From Oscillospiraceae bacterium (GTDB lineage Bacteria > Bacillota > Clostridia > Oscillospirales > Oscillospiraceae), in assembly GCA_016296635.1 (NCBI GenBank), contig JAEDIZ010000001.1, forward strand, positions 6,002-70,001: a DNA stretch of 64,000 bases, in the 5' to 3' direction. Shown piece after piece: positions 26,118 through 36,832 of the stretch (position 1 is the first letter of the stretch; each line of letters begins with the position of its first letter). Under the pieces are notes generated by a model. That model saw nothing but the letters and a program-made list of their open reading frames with translations. It was not told the DNA's origin and ran no database searches. The translations under genes and the position numbers were made by a program.

Positions 26118-26279
26118 TCAGTCCGCGTAGTCCTTCATCTCAGCCTTGCGAGCCTTGCAGAGGGCGATTTTGCGGACGAGAACCTTGACCTCATCCAGGC
26201 TGCCGAGAACAACGAGAACTGCGCCGACCGCAACCATGACGACGCCTGCGATCTTCAGAATGCTTTTTGCACACTTCAT
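26118..26279 (-). CDS. Small single-TM hypothetical protein (53 aa)
   Basis: AGGAGG RBS, hydrophobic N-terminal helix, terminator 26063-26098 downstream. Confidence 0.7.
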   Translation of the reverse strand: MKCAKSILKIAGVVMVAVGAVLVVLGSLDEVKVLVRKIALCKARKAEMKDYAD

Positions 26280-26352
26280 GCCGGAATCTCCTCCTGATAT
26301 GGTTTTCTGCATTCAGTATACGCGAATACACATACTTTTTCAAGAGTTTTGC

Positions 26353-26877
26353 TCAAACGCGGACGATAAAATTCGTCTTTCTTTCCTTTGCTGCAGCGGG
26401 CTTTGTGGCGGCGTAGCCGAGGATGCAATGACCGATGCCGACGTAGTTTTCGTCAATGCCCCATTTTGCCATCAGCTTTTTGCCCTCCTCGGAAGCGAAC
26501 TCCTCGCGGGCGCGGTGGATCCAGCAGGAAGCCACGCCGACGCTGCAGGCGGCGTTGAGAAGATTGCCCATGACGAGCGCGCCGTCCTCCAGATGGGTGA
26601 AAACGCGGCTGTCAGCAAACACGATGCAGACGGTGGGCGCGCCGTAGAACGGATGCGCATCGGGGTGACCCATGATGGCGGCGTTCATGCGCTCCAGCTG
26701 TGCAATGTCCTCCGGATCCTGCAGAACGACGATCTTGCCGGACTGACGGCCCATGCCGCTGGGGGCGAAGGTGCCGGCTTCCAGGATCGCGGCCAGCGCT
26801 TCCTCATCCACCTGACGGTTCGTATAATTGCGGCAGCTTCTTCTTGCTTTGAGACAGGTCAATACTTCGTTTGTCAT
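26353..26877 (-). CDS. Nitroreductase family protein
   Basis: RRSCRNY, APSGMGRQ, FYGAPT, GVASCWI, ILGY. Confidence 0.9.
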   Translation of the reverse strand: MTNEVLTCLKARRSCRNYTNRQVDEEALAAILEAGTFAPSGMGRQSGKIVVLQDPEDIAQLERMNAAIMGHPDAHPFYGAPTVCIVFADSRVFTHLEDGALVMGNLLNAACSVGVASCWIHRAREEFASEEGKKLMAKWGIDENYVGIGHCILGYAATKPAAAKERKTNFIVRV

Positions 26878-26893
26878 ATCAATAAAACCCCTT

Positions 26894-27877
26894 TCAGTTT
26901 GTATATCCATACATCCCGCGCACGGAAACTTCTCCCGAGGCGATGGATTCCGCGCTGCCGTCCGGCAGACGGACGATCAGCTCCGCATCCGGGCCGATCG
27001 CCTCTGCATGGGCATAGCGCACCTCGCCGCCGCGCAGGAGCATCACGTCCTGCCCGGGCGTGATGCAGCGTTCGCGGAAACGGCGCAGCCAGTTTTCTTT
27101 CTGACTCAGCAGCGTTTCGGACAGAGCGTAGAAGGCGCAGACGAGATTGGCTGCCAGAAGATTCCGGTCAACTGCAGCGCCGGTTTCATGCCGGAGCGTG
27201 GTCGCCATATCGGAAATGGCGGGATCAAGACTTGTCTGATTGCAGTTGATGCCGATGCCGACGATCACGGCGTCCACCAGCCGGGTGTCAAAATCCATGG
27301 AAAGCTCCGTTAAAATACCGCAGAGCTTTCGCCTGCCGACAACGAGATCGTTCGTCCATTTGATATCTGCCTTGACACCGCAGCTTTCTTCAACCGCTCG
27401 CATGGCGGCTACAGCGGCTGCCGCCGTCAGATGCATCAGCGATTCCGGTTTTTCGCTCGGGCGCAGGATGACGCTCATATAAAGTCCCCCCGGCTCGGAG
27501 CAGAAGGAGCGGCCGAGTCTGCCGCGTCCCGCGGTCTGCCGCTCCGCCAGGATCACCGTGCCCCCCGGTGCACCCTCGGCGGCCAGCTGCTTTGCATAGG
27601 TGTTGGTGGAGCCGATCTCTTCGAAGATCTGCAGGTTAGGCAGCCACGGATGATCGGGCAGACAGGCGGCGATTTTTGCCGCATCCAGTCGGTCGGGAAC
27701 CGAAGCAAGCCGATAGCCACGGCGGGGCGCCGCTTCGATCTCATAGCCTGCCTGCTGCAGCTGCTTGACGGCTTTCCAGACCGCTGCCCGGCTGATGTTC
27801 AGCGATTTGCTGATCTGTTCGCCGGAAATATGGGCAGGTGATGCCTGCAAAAGCTTCAGAACTTCTTCTGTCGTCAT
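26894..27877 (-). CDS. birA: Bifunctional biotin ligase/repressor BirA
   Basis: N-terminal HTH, GSTN, QTAGRGRLGR, KWTND, KLCGILTE. Confidence 0.95.
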   Translation of the reverse strand: MTTEEVLKLLQASPAHISGEQISKSLNISRAAVWKAVKQLQQAGYEIEAAPRRGYRLASVPDRLDAAKIAACLPDHPWLPNLQIFEEIGSTNTYAKQLAAEGAPGGTVILAERQTAGRGRLGRSFCSEPGGLYMSVILRPSEKPESLMHLTAAAAVAAMRAVEESCGVKADIKWTNDLVVGRRKLCGILTELSMDFDTRLVDAVIVGIGINCNQTSLDPAISDMATTLRHETGAAVDRNLLAANLVCAFYALSETLLSQKENWLRRFRERCITPGQDVMLLRGGEVRYAHAEAIGPDAELIVRLPDGSAESIASGEVSVRGMYGYTN

Positions 27878-27911
27878 AAAAAACCTCTTGCCAATTCGGC
27901 ATTTATCTGAT

Positions 27912-27947
27912 ATTGTAAACCAAAATGATTCAAATGAGGTTTACAAT
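27912..27947. promoter_or_regulatory. BirA operator (bioO)
   Basis: ATTGTAAACC-N16-GGTTTACAAT perfect inverted repeat between divergent birA and bioY. Confidence 0.9.
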
Positions 27948-28482
27948 GAAACTGAAACATCTGATTCTATGTGCGCTCTTTGCCGCGCTGACAGCGGTGG
28001 GTGCCTTTCTGAAAGTCCCCTTTGCCCTATCTGCCATCACGCTGCAGTTCTTCTTCACGGCGATGGCGGGTGCGCTGCTGGGGAAAAAATACGGCAGTCT
28101 TTCGCAGCTGGTTTATGTACTGCTGGGTCTGTGCGGCCTGCCGATCTTTACCATGGGCGGCGGCTTGAGCTATGTTCTGCAGCCCTCGTTCGGCTTTCTG
28201 CTGGGTCTGATCCCGGCCGCATGGATAATCGGATGGCTGCAGGAAAAGCGGGCGCCGCTCTGGATGGCGATGGTCTGCGGACTGGCGGCGCTTTATGCGT
28301 TCGGCCTTCCGTATATGTGGACGATCCTCAATCTGTATTTCGGCAGGGCGACGTCCTTCGGCGCGGTGATCAAAGGCGGGATGCTGGTGTATCTGCCGGG
28401 TGACGGCGTAAAAATCGCCGCAGCGGCAATTATTTGCAGGAAAATCAAGCCGCGTCTTGCTTCTGCATCCATCTTGCCATAA
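27946..28482 (+). CDS. bioY: Biotin transporter BioY
   Basis: ALFAALTAVGA, TLQ, GLCGLPIF, PSFGFLLG, YLPGD; next to birA and operator. Confidence 0.92.
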   Translation: MKLKHLILCALFAALTAVGAFLKVPFALSAITLQFFFTAMAGALLGKKYGSLSQLVYVLLGLCGLPIFTMGGGLSYVLQPSFGFLLGLIPAAWIIGWLQEKRAPLWMAMVCGLAALYAFGLPYMWTILNLYFGRATSFGAVIKGGMLVYLPGDGVKIAAAAIICRKIKPRLASASILP

Positions 28483-28578
28483 TTTTTTCAGTTTGTCAAT
28501 TGCACTGCATTTCCGTGCGAAATCGTCATTTTTGTGCAAAGAGAAGGTTGCAATTCGGTTATAATCACGAATTCTTGC

Positions 28579-28607
28579 TTGACACACCCCCGGTTTGTCG
28601 GTACAAT
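28579..28607 (+). promoter_or_regulatory. SigA promoter of rny
   Basis: TTGACA-N17-TACAAT. Confidence 0.7.
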
Positions 28608-28716
28608 GTAGGGTAGGATTTGTATGGTATGCCTTGCGTTTGGGGAAGCGCAACGCAGCCTTATATGATTCAAACGAATACCCAATAACTGAATAAGGAG
28701 GTGTGTTACGCAGCTT

Positions 28717-30273
28717 ATGGTAGAACTTTGGTTAACTATCGTCCTTTGTATCGCAGTGTTTATTGTGAGCGCCGTTGTGTCCTTTGTTGCCGGTACGACC
28801 TATCGCAAGAAGGTCGCTGAAAAGGAGATCGGCAGCGCGGAAGAAGAAGCCCGCCGCATCATCAACGAAGCCATCAAGGGCGGCGAAAACAAGAAACGCG
28901 AAATGCTGCTCGAGGCAAAGGAAGAAATCCATAAATCGCGTAGTGAAAACGAGAAAGAGCTGAAAGAACGCCGGACAGAGATCCAGAAGCAGGAGCGCAG
29001 ACTCCAGCAGAAGGAAGAATCCCTCGACAAGAAGCTCGATGCACACGAAAAGAAGGAAGAAGATCTTGCAAAGCGGATTGCAGGCATCCAGCAGCAGCAG
29101 CAGGAGGTTGCTTCTCTCAAGCGCAGCCAGATGGAGATGCTTGAAAAGATCTCCGGTCTGACACAGGAAGAGGCCAAGGCTGAAATCCTGCGCAGCGTGG
29201 AGGATGATGTCCGCCACGAAAAGGCCGTCAAGATCAAGGAGATCGAGGCTGAAATCAAAGACGAGGCGGACAGCCTTGCCCGTGAGATTGTGGCCACCGC
29301 TATTCAGCGCTGCGCCGCCGATCACGCTGCGGAAGCAACCGTTTCCGTTGTCCCGCTGCCCAACGATGAAATGAAGGGCCGCATCATCGGCCGCGAGGGC
29401 CGCAACATCCGTACCCTTGAAACCATCACCGGCGTCGATCTCATCATCGACGATACGCCGGAAGCCATCACTGTTTCGTCCTTTGACCCCGTCCGCCGCG
29501 AGGTGGCACGGCTGGCGCTGGAAAAGCTCATTGCCGACGGCCGTATCCATCCGACCCGCATCGAGGATATGGTGGAAAAGGCACGCCGCGAGGTCGATCA
29601 TACCATCAAGGTTGAAGGCGAACGCGCGACCTTCGAGACCGGTATCCACAACCTGCATCCGGAGCTGATCAAGCTCATCGGCCGTCAGAAGTACCGTACT
29701 TCCTACGGTCAGAACGTGCTGAACCACTCCATGGAAGTGGCGCACATCGCAGGTCTGCTGGCAGGCGAGCTGGGCGTCGATGTGACGCTGGCAAAGAGAG
29801 CAGGTCTTCTGCATGACCTCGGCAAGTCCGTCGACCATGAAATGGAAGGCAGCCATGTTCAGCTGGGCGTGGAGCTTGCAAAGAAGTATAAGGAAAATCC
29901 CGTCATCATCAACGCCATCGAGGCGCATCACGGTGATGTCGAGCCGCAGACGGTCATTGCCTGCCTGGTGCAGGCTGCCGACGCCATCTCTGCTGCACGC
30001 CCCGGTGCACGCCGTGAGAACGTCGAAAACTATATCCGCCGTCTGGAGAAGCTCGAAGAGCTGACCGGTTCGTTCCCGGGTGTCGATAAGGCTTACGCCA
30101 TTCAGGCCGGCCGCGAGGTTCGCGTCATGGTCAAGCCCGAGGAAGTCACCGAGGACAACATGATCCTGCTTGCCCACGATCTGGCACAGAAGATCGAAGC
30201 CGAGCTGGAGTACCCCGGACAGATCAAGGTCAACGTTATCCGCGAAACCAAGGCTGTCGAGTACGCAAAGTAA
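28717..30273 (+). CDS. rny: Ribonuclease Y
   Basis: N-terminal TM, coiled coil, KH ([10 protein letters not shown]), HD (LLHDLGK); terminator 30284-30314. Confidence 0.97.
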   Translation: MVELWLTIVLCIAVFIVSAVVSFVAGTTYRKKVAEKEIGSAEEEARRIINEAIKGGENKKREMLLEAKEEIHKSRSENEKELKERRTEIQKQERRLQQKEESLDKKLDAHEKKEEDLAKRIAGIQQQQQEVASLKRSQMEMLEKISGLTQEEAKAEILRSVEDDVRHEKAVKIKEIEAEIKDEADSLAREIVATAIQRCAADHAAEATVSVVPLPNDEMKGRIIGREGRNIRTLETITGVDLIIDDTPEAITVSSFDPVRREVARLALEKLIADGRIHPTRIEDMVEKARREVDHTIKVEGERATFETGIHNLHPELIKLIGRQKYRTSYGQNVLNHSMEVAHIAGLLAGELGVDVTLAKRAGLLHDLGKSVDHEMEGSHVQLGVELAKKYKENPVIINAIEAHHGDVEPQTVIACLVQAADAISAARPGARRENVENYIRRLEKLEELTGSFPGVDKAYAIQAGREVRVMVKPEEVTEDNMILLAHDLAQKIEAELEYPGQIKVNVIRETKAVEYAK

Positions 30274-30418
30274 TCAAAACGAGAAAGGGGAACGGCGTGC
30301 CGTTCCTCTTTTTTATATTCCTCCGTTGCTGCCTGCAGCCGGGTCTTTTTCCCGGCGTCCTGTTCGGAATCCATATCGATAGAAAAACCGCCTCTGCGTG
30401 CTGCAGAGGCGGTTCTGA

Positions 30419-31657
30419 TTATTCCATGGGGCGGATGTAACTCTTTCCGCAGACCTCCATGTGCCAGACCGGCTGACCCACAAAGAAGGTATCGTTGGTA
30501 TCGTATTTCCCGCAGCTCATTTCTGCTTGAGCGATGCTGACGCGCAGAGGAGACACGCTCGTGACCACAGCCTGCGTGCAATCCGTTACCAGAACGATAT
30601 CAAATGTAAAATCGCCCGTATGATCGATCACGGTGATGCGCGCATTTGCGGGCAGCGCGCTGAGAATTCCGGCATCTGTCTTGTTAAAGTTATAATAGTA
30701 TTCTGTCTGCTCCGTCAGCGCAGAGCTGGTTGCCTGCAGCACCTTCTGCAGTTCGTCAGCAGAAGAGAATGTGTAGTAGATTTCCGACGCATCATAGCAG
30801 GGGATGCCGAGAATCTGTCCGCCGCGAACATAGATATCCACGCTGCGGCCAAGCAGAGAAAGATCAGTCGAAACTGCGAATTCCTTATGCCCGGCAAGCT
30901 TTGTGACCTTCTGCGCAAGTGTTCCGCCGTTATGGGTCAGATCGGCACATTCGTTGCCGGTCAGCGTTGCCGTGTAGCGGGTCAGATCGAAGCGGATCTC
31001 CATATATGCCTTCGGATTCATCAGATCATCCAGCGCGTAGCGCATCAGCCCTTCCTTTTCGGGCGCCGTGACCTGCGGACATTGCATGGCATTGAAAATC
31101 AGCTGGCAGGCATTGTCGCGCGTGATGGGCATCGAGCAGCTTGCGCTGAAGCCGGCATAGATGCCGCTTGCCTGCGCATCGTCATTGACATGCTCTACCC
31201 ATTCGGGGCCGGTATAGCGCTCTGCGCGTTCGCCCAGCGTGACCAGCAGCATTTTTGCCAACTCCTGCGCCGTTACGCAGTCCTTCGGGCGGAAATGCCC
31301 TTTGCCGTCACCGGCAATGATCTCGCGCGAAGCACAGTAGCCCACATAAGGCGCGGACCAGCCGTCATCCACATCGCTGAACAGGCGCTGCACCGCAGAT
31401 GCCTGCTCGCTGTCCGGCGTGCAGAGGATTGTGATGAGCTTTGCCGTTTCTTCTCTTGTGATCGTATTTCCCGGGCGGAAGCTTCCGTCCGGATAGCCGG
31501 AGATCAGCCCCAGATCCACCAGCATCTGCACGGCGTTTTTGTTCCGGATCTCGCTCTGATCGGTAAAGCCGGTCGTTTCAATTCCCTGCGCGCCTGCGCA
31601 GACCGCCGACATCAGCAATACTGCCAGCGCCAGCAGGACGGTTATGGCTCGTTTCAC
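30419..31657 (-). CDS. S-layer homology (SLH) domain protein
   Basis: Signal peptide; GLISGYPDGSFRP..ITREE and IAGDGKGHFRP..VTAQE SLH repeats. Confidence 0.85.
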   Translation of the reverse strand: MKRAITVLLALAVLLMSAVCAGAQGIETTGFTDQSEIRNKNAVQMLVDLGLISGYPDGSFRPGNTITREETAKLITILCTPDSEQASAVQRLFSDVDDGWSAPYVGYCASREIIAGDGKGHFRPKDCVTAQELAKMLLVTLGERAERYTGPEWVEHVNDDAQASGIYAGFSASCSMPITRDNACQLIFNAMQCPQVTAPEKEGLMRYALDDLMNPKAYMEIRFDLTRYTATLTGNECADLTHNGGTLAQKVTKLAGHKEFAVSTDLSLLGRSVDIYVRGGQILGIPCYDASEIYYTFSSADELQKVLQATSSALTEQTEYYYNFNKTDAGILSALPANARITVIDHTGDFTFDIVLVTDCTQAVVTSVSPLRVSIAQAEMSCGKYDTNDTFFVGQPVWHMEVCGKSYIRPME

Positions 31658-31818
31658 GGCAAAGCCCCCCTTCGTTTATTTGCTTAACTTACAGTATATG
31701 CAACCGACATAGCCATTGCAAGAACCGGCGGCTACTTGTAACACATTTGTAAAAAACGCCTCAGTTCTGCAGGGTTTTTGCCGAAATCCGGAACAATTTT
31801 TCAGCTGTTTTTTCTGCT

Positions 31819-33096
31819 TCACAAGGGAAGGCCGAACATCGCGTTCTGAAGGCTGAACATGGCCGTGAAGGGACGCATGAAATTCCACACGCCGAGTCCC
31901 CGGAAGCCGTATTCCTGCACCAGCCGGAACTTTGCCAGACACGAACGCGGGTCCTCGAACCAGACCTCATGTACTGCGCCGAGGCCGTCCGTGTAATTGA
32001 AATACGGCGTCTGCGAGACCTCATCAAAGCGGATCTCCGCGCCTGTCTGTACTGCCAGCGCCGGCGCGGCCTCGTTTCCGATGAGCATCGCCCTCGTCTG
32101 CCCGGCCTCATAGGGAAGCGTCCAGTCATAGGCATAGTTCGGAAAGCCCATGAAGATTTTGCGCGCTGCAATTTCGCTGACGGCATAATCCAGCACCCGT
32201 CTGACCGCATTCACCGGCGCCACCGCCATGGGCGGGCCGTAGGTGTAGCCCCATTCATAGGTCATCAGCAGCACCGCGTCCACCGCCGCGCCGATCTTTG
32301 CATAGTCGTGTCCCTCATATAAAATGCCCGGCTGCGCCGCGTAGGTTTTGGGGGCCAGTGCCGCCAGAAGCTCCGCGCCCGCCGCGTTGACCGCCGGGCG
32401 CAGATACCCGAGAAAGTCCGCGTACTTCTGTGCATTCTCCGCGCCCAAAAATTCAAAGTCCACATCCACGCCCGCATAGCCGCGCCGCCGGACAGTCTGC
32501 ACGATCTGATCGCGCAGCGTCTGCTGCGCCGCCGGATTGGCAAACAGGGCCTCCGCCCGCTGGGCGGAAAAGCCGCCGCTTTCCGTCAGCGTGGAAAGAT
32601 GCAGAAATTTTCCGACCTCATACTGCTGCGCCAGCATCTCGGCGGCGGCAGCCTGCGGATCGATCAGCTGCCCGGCTTCCGTAAAGCCGTATGTAAACGG
32701 GATCAACCATGTCGCATAGGGAAGAATCTCTCTGAGCACCGCGGCATCGGCGAAGGGATAGACATAGCCGGAGAGCTCCAGCGGCGTATCGCCGGTGCGC
32801 TCCAGCCGCGTCACAAGCACCTGCCCGGGATAGATCGTCTGCGTGCCGCGCAGATTCGGGTTCAGCCGCCAAAGCTCCTTTACCTGCACATCCGCCTGCC
32901 GCGCAACCGCAAGAAGCGTATCGCCCGGCTGCACCGTATAGGTTTCCAGCGGTGTAAGGATCAGAAGGCATTGCCCCACCGCCAGCCGGTAGGGCTCCGT
33001 CAGTCCGTTATATCGGGAAATCAGCCCGGGCGTCAGCGAAAACTGCCTTGCCACGGAATATAAGGTATCGCCCTCGCGCACCACATATAATTCCAA
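31819..33096 (-). CDS. LysM + GH18 spore cortex glycosyl hydrolase (SleL/YaaH/YdhD-like)
   Basis: Two LysM (YVVREGDTL, YTVQPGDTL), DVDFE motif, LMTYEWG, VWFED; probable TTG start. Confidence 0.88.
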   Translation of the reverse strand: MELYVVREGDTLYSVARQFSLTPGLISRYNGLTEPYRLAVGQCLLILTPLETYTVQPGDTLLAVARQADVQVKELWRLNPNLRGTQTIYPGQVLVTRLERTGDTPLELSGYVYPFADAAVLREILPYATWLIPFTYGFTEAGQLIDPQAAAAEMLAQQYEVGKFLHLSTLTESGGFSAQRAEALFANPAAQQTLRDQIVQTVRRRGYAGVDVDFEFLGAENAQKYADFLGYLRPAVNAAGAELLAALAPKTYAAQPGILYEGHDYAKIGAAVDAVLLMTYEWGYTYGPPMAVAPVNAVRRVLDYAVSEIAARKIFMGFPNYAYDWTLPYEAGQTRAMLIGNEAAPALAVQTGAEIRFDEVSQTPYFNYTDGLGAVHEVWFEDPRSCLAKFRLVQEYGFRGLGVWNFMRPFTAMFSLQNAMFGLPL

Positions 33097-33193
33097 ATAA
33101 ATCACCTCTATGTATCACACTATGCTGCACGGCGCGCTTGTGTTCCGACTTCATGTGTGCTACATTGAAAAAAATATCCGCGGAGGTTTTCTT

Positions 33194-33868
33194 ATGGATA
33201 CGACAAAACTCGGCGCATGGCAGACCTTGCTTTCGGAGGAACTGCGCAAACCGTATTTTGAAGCGCTCTGCGCCCGTGTGGATGAGGCCTATCAGACCGC
33301 GGCGGTCTTTCCGCCGGAAGAGGAGCTGTTTTCGGCGTTTTCTCTGACACCGCCGGAAAAGGTGAAGGTTGTCATTTTAGGGCAGGATCCCTACCATGAG
33401 CCGCGGCAGGCCCACGGGCTTGCATTTTCCGTCAGAAACGGCACGAAGCTGCCGCCCTCGCTGCAAAATATTTTTAAGGAGCTTTCCTCCGATCTCGGCG
33501 TCGAGCCGCCCGCTTCCGGTGATCTGACCGGCTGGGCAGAGCAGGGCGTTTTCCTTCTGAACTCCGTTTTGAGCGTGGAAAGCGGGAAGGCCAACAGCCA
33601 TAAGGATTTTGGCTGGCAGGTTTTTACAGACGCCGTGGTCGATGCCATCGCCTCGCTGCCGCAGCCCGTAGCCTTTGTCCTGTGGGGCTCGCAGGCGCAG
33701 AAAAAGGCTGCCGCCGCAGGAAATTCCGCTTATCCTCGGCTTGTTCTGCAATCTGTACATCCGAGTCCTTTGAGCGCCTACCGCGGCTTTTTCGGCAGCT
33801 GCCCGTTCTCGAGAATCAATGACTTCCTGACGCGCAATGGCTGCAGTCCCATTCGCTGGACGGTCTGA
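33194..33868 (+). CDS. ung: Uracil-DNA glycosylase
   Basis: GQDPYH, HGLAFS, PPSLQNI, HPSPLS. Confidence 0.96.
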   Translation: MDTTKLGAWQTLLSEELRKPYFEALCARVDEAYQTAAVFPPEEELFSAFSLTPPEKVKVVILGQDPYHEPRQAHGLAFSVRNGTKLPPSLQNIFKELSSDLGVEPPASGDLTGWAEQGVFLLNSVLSVESGKANSHKDFGWQVFTDAVVDAIASLPQPVAFVLWGSQAQKKAAAAGNSAYPRLVLQSVHPSPLSAYRGFFGSCPFSRINDFLTRNGCSPIRWTV

Positions 33869-34029
33869 AACAGAATTGTCCGGGTTTCGGAACCTAACTT
33901 TTTGTAAGCAAATCAAACAGAAATTTTGTGAGAAAAAACCGTATTTTATCGATAAAAAAGGTTGAAATCTTTTCTGTTTTGTCATAGAATAAGCGTACTT
34001 TGTTTTTGCGCGGCAGAAAGGAAAATATC

Positions 34030-34515
34030 ATGCTGCATATCGTTCTGCACGAGCCGGAAATCCCTGCCAATACCGGCAACATCGCCCGTACCTGCGCCGC
34101 CACCGGAAGCGTCCTGCATCTGATCAAGCCGCTGGGCTTCGATATTTCGGATAAAGCCGTTAAGCGCGCCGGGCTGGACTACTGGCATTTGGTGGATGTC
34201 CGCGTCTATGAAAACCTCGGTGACTTTTTCGCGAAAAACGAGGTTTCCTGCCTGCGGCTTTTCTCCACGAAGGCACCCCGCAGCTATGCCGAGGCGGATT
34301 ATCCGGACGGCTGTTTTCTCTTTTTCGGCAAGGAAACAAAGGGCCTGCCGGAGGACTTTCTGGCGGCGCATTACGATGACTGTGTGCGTATTCCCATCCG
34401 CGCCGAAGCGCGCAGTCTGAATCTCAGCAATTCCGTCGCCGTCGGCGTTTTTGAGGCGCTGCGTCAGCAGGATTTTCCCCACCTGCAGGAGCAGGGAAAA
34501 ATGGTAAACTGGTAA
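34030..34515 (+). CDS. trmL: tRNA (cytidine/uridine-2'-O)-methyltransferase TrmL
   Basis: PEIPANTGNIART, RAGLDYW, FGKETKGLP, RSLNLSN. Confidence 0.92.
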   Translation: MLHIVLHEPEIPANTGNIARTCAATGSVLHLIKPLGFDISDKAVKRAGLDYWHLVDVRVYENLGDFFAKNEVSCLRLFSTKAPRSYAEADYPDGCFLFFGKETKGLPEDFLAAHYDDCVRIPIRAEARSLNLSNSVAVGVFEALRQQDFPHLQEQGKMVNW

Positions 34516-34569
34516 TCAAGTCATAAACAACTGGCCCTGCCAGAATCGATATGAAAAAGGAGATTCTTT

Positions 34570-35844
34570 ATGAATTACAACAAGAAGTCCGTTGAAGATA
34601 TCGCCGTAGCCGGTAAGCGCGTGCTTTGCCGCTGCGACTTCAATGTCCCCACCAAAGCAGGTGTCATCACCTCGGACAAGCGCATCGTGGCAGCGATGCC
34701 CACCATCGAATACCTCGTCAAGAACGGCGCCCGCGTCATTCTCTGCTCCCATATGGGCAAGCCCGAACCCAACTTTGAAAAGTGGGTCAAGAAGCAGACC
34801 GAAAAGGGCAAGGCTCCCGAAGAGCTGACCAAGGAGAACTGGGAAAAGGCAATGGCCAAGCTGACGCTGGCTCCCGTTGCAAAGCGCCTTTCCGAGCTGC
34901 TGGGCAAGGAAGTCAAGATGGCTTCTGACGTTGTCGGCGAAAGCGCCAAGGAACTGGCTGCTTCTCTGCAGGACGGCGATGTGATGCTGCTGGAGAACAC
35001 CCGTTTTGAAAAGGGCGAGACCAAGAACGATCCCGAGCTTTCCAGGAAGCTCGCTTCCATGGCTGACATCTTCGTGAACGATGCCTTCGGCACCGCACAC
35101 CGTGCTCATGCCACCACCGCCGGCGTTGCAGATTATCTCCCGGCAGTCTGCGGCTATCTGGTCGAGAAGGAAGTTTCCATCATGGGCAAGGCTCTGGCCG
35201 ATCCCGAGCGTCCCTTCGTTGCCATTCTCGGCGGCGCAAAGGTTTCCGACAAGCTGAACGTTATCAACAACCTTCTGGAGAAGGTCGATACCCTCGTCAT
35301 CGGCGGCGGCATGGCTTACACCTTCCTGGCTGCCAAGGGCTACGGCATCGGTCAGTCTCTGTTTGATGCAGAAAAGGTTGACTACTGCAAGGAAATGATG
35401 GCAAAGGCCGAGGCCAAGGGCGTCAAACTGCTTCTGCCCGTTGACACCGTCATCACCGACCACTTCCCCGATCCCATCGACGGCGAGATCGAATGCTGCA
35501 CCGTAGATGCCGACAAGATCCCGGCTGACAAGATGGGCATGGACATCGGCGAAAAGACCCGCGAACTGTACTACGAGGCTGTTAAGGCTGCAAAGACCGT
35601 TGTATGGAACGGCCCCATGGGCGTGTTTGAGAACCCGACGCTGGCAAAGGGCACCATCGCAGTCGCACAGGCTCTGGCTGATTCTTCCGCAACCACCATC
35701 GTCGGCGGCGGCGACAGCGCAGCTGCATGCGAACAGCTCGGCTTTGCTGACAAGATCACCCACATTTCCACCGGCGGCGGCGCTTCTCTGGAATTCCTCG
35801 AGGGTCTGGAGCTGCCCGGCATCGCCTGCCTGCAGGATAAGTAA
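34570..35844 (+). CDS. pgk: Phosphoglycerate kinase
   Basis: [42 protein letters not shown]. Confidence 0.97.
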   Translation: MNYNKKSVEDIAVAGKRVLCRCDFNVPTKAGVITSDKRIVAAMPTIEYLVKNGARVILCSHMGKPEPNFEKWVKKQTEKGKAPEELTKENWEKAMAKLTLAPVAKRLSELLGKEVKMASDVVGESAKELAASLQDGDVMLLENTRFEKGETKNDPELSRKLASMADIFVNDAFGTAHRAHATTAGVADYLPAVCGYLVEKEVSIMGKALADPERPFVAILGGAKVSDKLNVINNLLEKVDTLVIGGGMAYTFLAAKGYGIGQSLFDAEKVDYCKEMMAKAEAKGVKLLLPVDTVITDHFPDPIDGEIECCTVDADKIPADKMGMDIGEKTRELYYEAVKAAKTVVWNGPMGVFENPTLAKGTIAVAQALADSSATTIVGGGDSAAACEQLGFADKITHISTGGGASLEFLEGLELPGIACLQDK

Positions 35845-35914
35845 GAAAAAAGCAGAGGGCGGACTTCTGCCGCCCTCTAATCAAAAAAGAGTATAGATTT
35901 AGGAGAACATTATC

Positions 35915-36691
35915 ATGAACCGTAAATACCGTAAGACCGTGATTGCCGGCAACTGGAAGATGAACAAGACCCCTTCCGAAACCAAGGCCTTCATGCAGGA
36001 TTTTAAAGCCATTATGCCCAAGGGCCGCTGGTGCGATGTTGCGCTGTGCGTTCCCGCTGTCTGCATTCCCGCTGCTGTTCGTGCCATGCGCGAGACCAGA
36101 GTCGGCATCGGCGCAGAAAACTGCAATGCCAATGCTTCCGGCGCATATACCGGTGAGATCGCTGCCAATATGCTCGTTGACGCAGGCTGCAAGTATGTCA
36201 TTCTCGGCCACTCCGAGCGTCGCGCCATGGGCGAAACCGACGCTGATGTGAACGCAAAGGTGCATACCGCTCTGGAAAACGGCCTCGTTCCCATCATGTG
36301 CGTGGGCGAAAGCCTCGAGCAGCGTGAGACCGGCATCACCGCCGAGTGGATCGCCATGCAGATCAAGGCGGGCTTAGCCGGCATCGGCGAGGACAAGATC
36401 CGCAAGATGATCATTGCCTACGAACCCATCTGGGCCATCGGCACCGGCAAGACCGCTACCCCTGAGCAGGCCGAGGAAGTCTGCGAGAGCATCCGTACCG
36501 TCATCCGCAAGCTCTACGGCGCAAAGATCGCAAGAGCTATCTCCATCCTCTACGGCGGCTCCATGAACGAAAAGAACGCTTACGATCTGCTGGCGCAGCC
36601 CGACATCGACGGCGGCCTCATCGGCGGCGCATCTCTCGTTCCCGAAAAGTTCGTCAAGATCATCGAAGCTGCAAATCAGCCCATCGCCTGA
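35915..36691 (+). CDS. tpiA: Triose-phosphate isomerase
   Basis: AGNWKMN, GHSERR, AYEPIWAIGTG, LYGGS. Confidence 0.97.
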   Translation: MNRKYRKTVIAGNWKMNKTPSETKAFMQDFKAIMPKGRWCDVALCVPAVCIPAAVRAMRETRVGIGAENCNANASGAYTGEIAANMLVDAGCKYVILGHSERRAMGETDADVNAKVHTALENGLVPIMCVGESLEQRETGITAEWIAMQIKAGLAGIGEDKIRKMIIAYEPIWAIGTGKTATPEQAEEVCESIRTVIRKLYGAKIARAISILYGGSMNEKNAYDLLAQPDIDGGLIGGASLVPEKFVKIIEAANQPIA

Positions 36692-36832
36692 TCTTTCATA
36701 AAATGCAAACCGGGCAGCATGCTGCCCGGTTTTTCTGTATGCGGAAATCACGAAACGCATTGACGAAGCGGCGGCGGCAGGATATAATCAGAAAAGCATA
36801 CAGAAAAAATTCCTTTTTCAGGAGGTTTCAAT

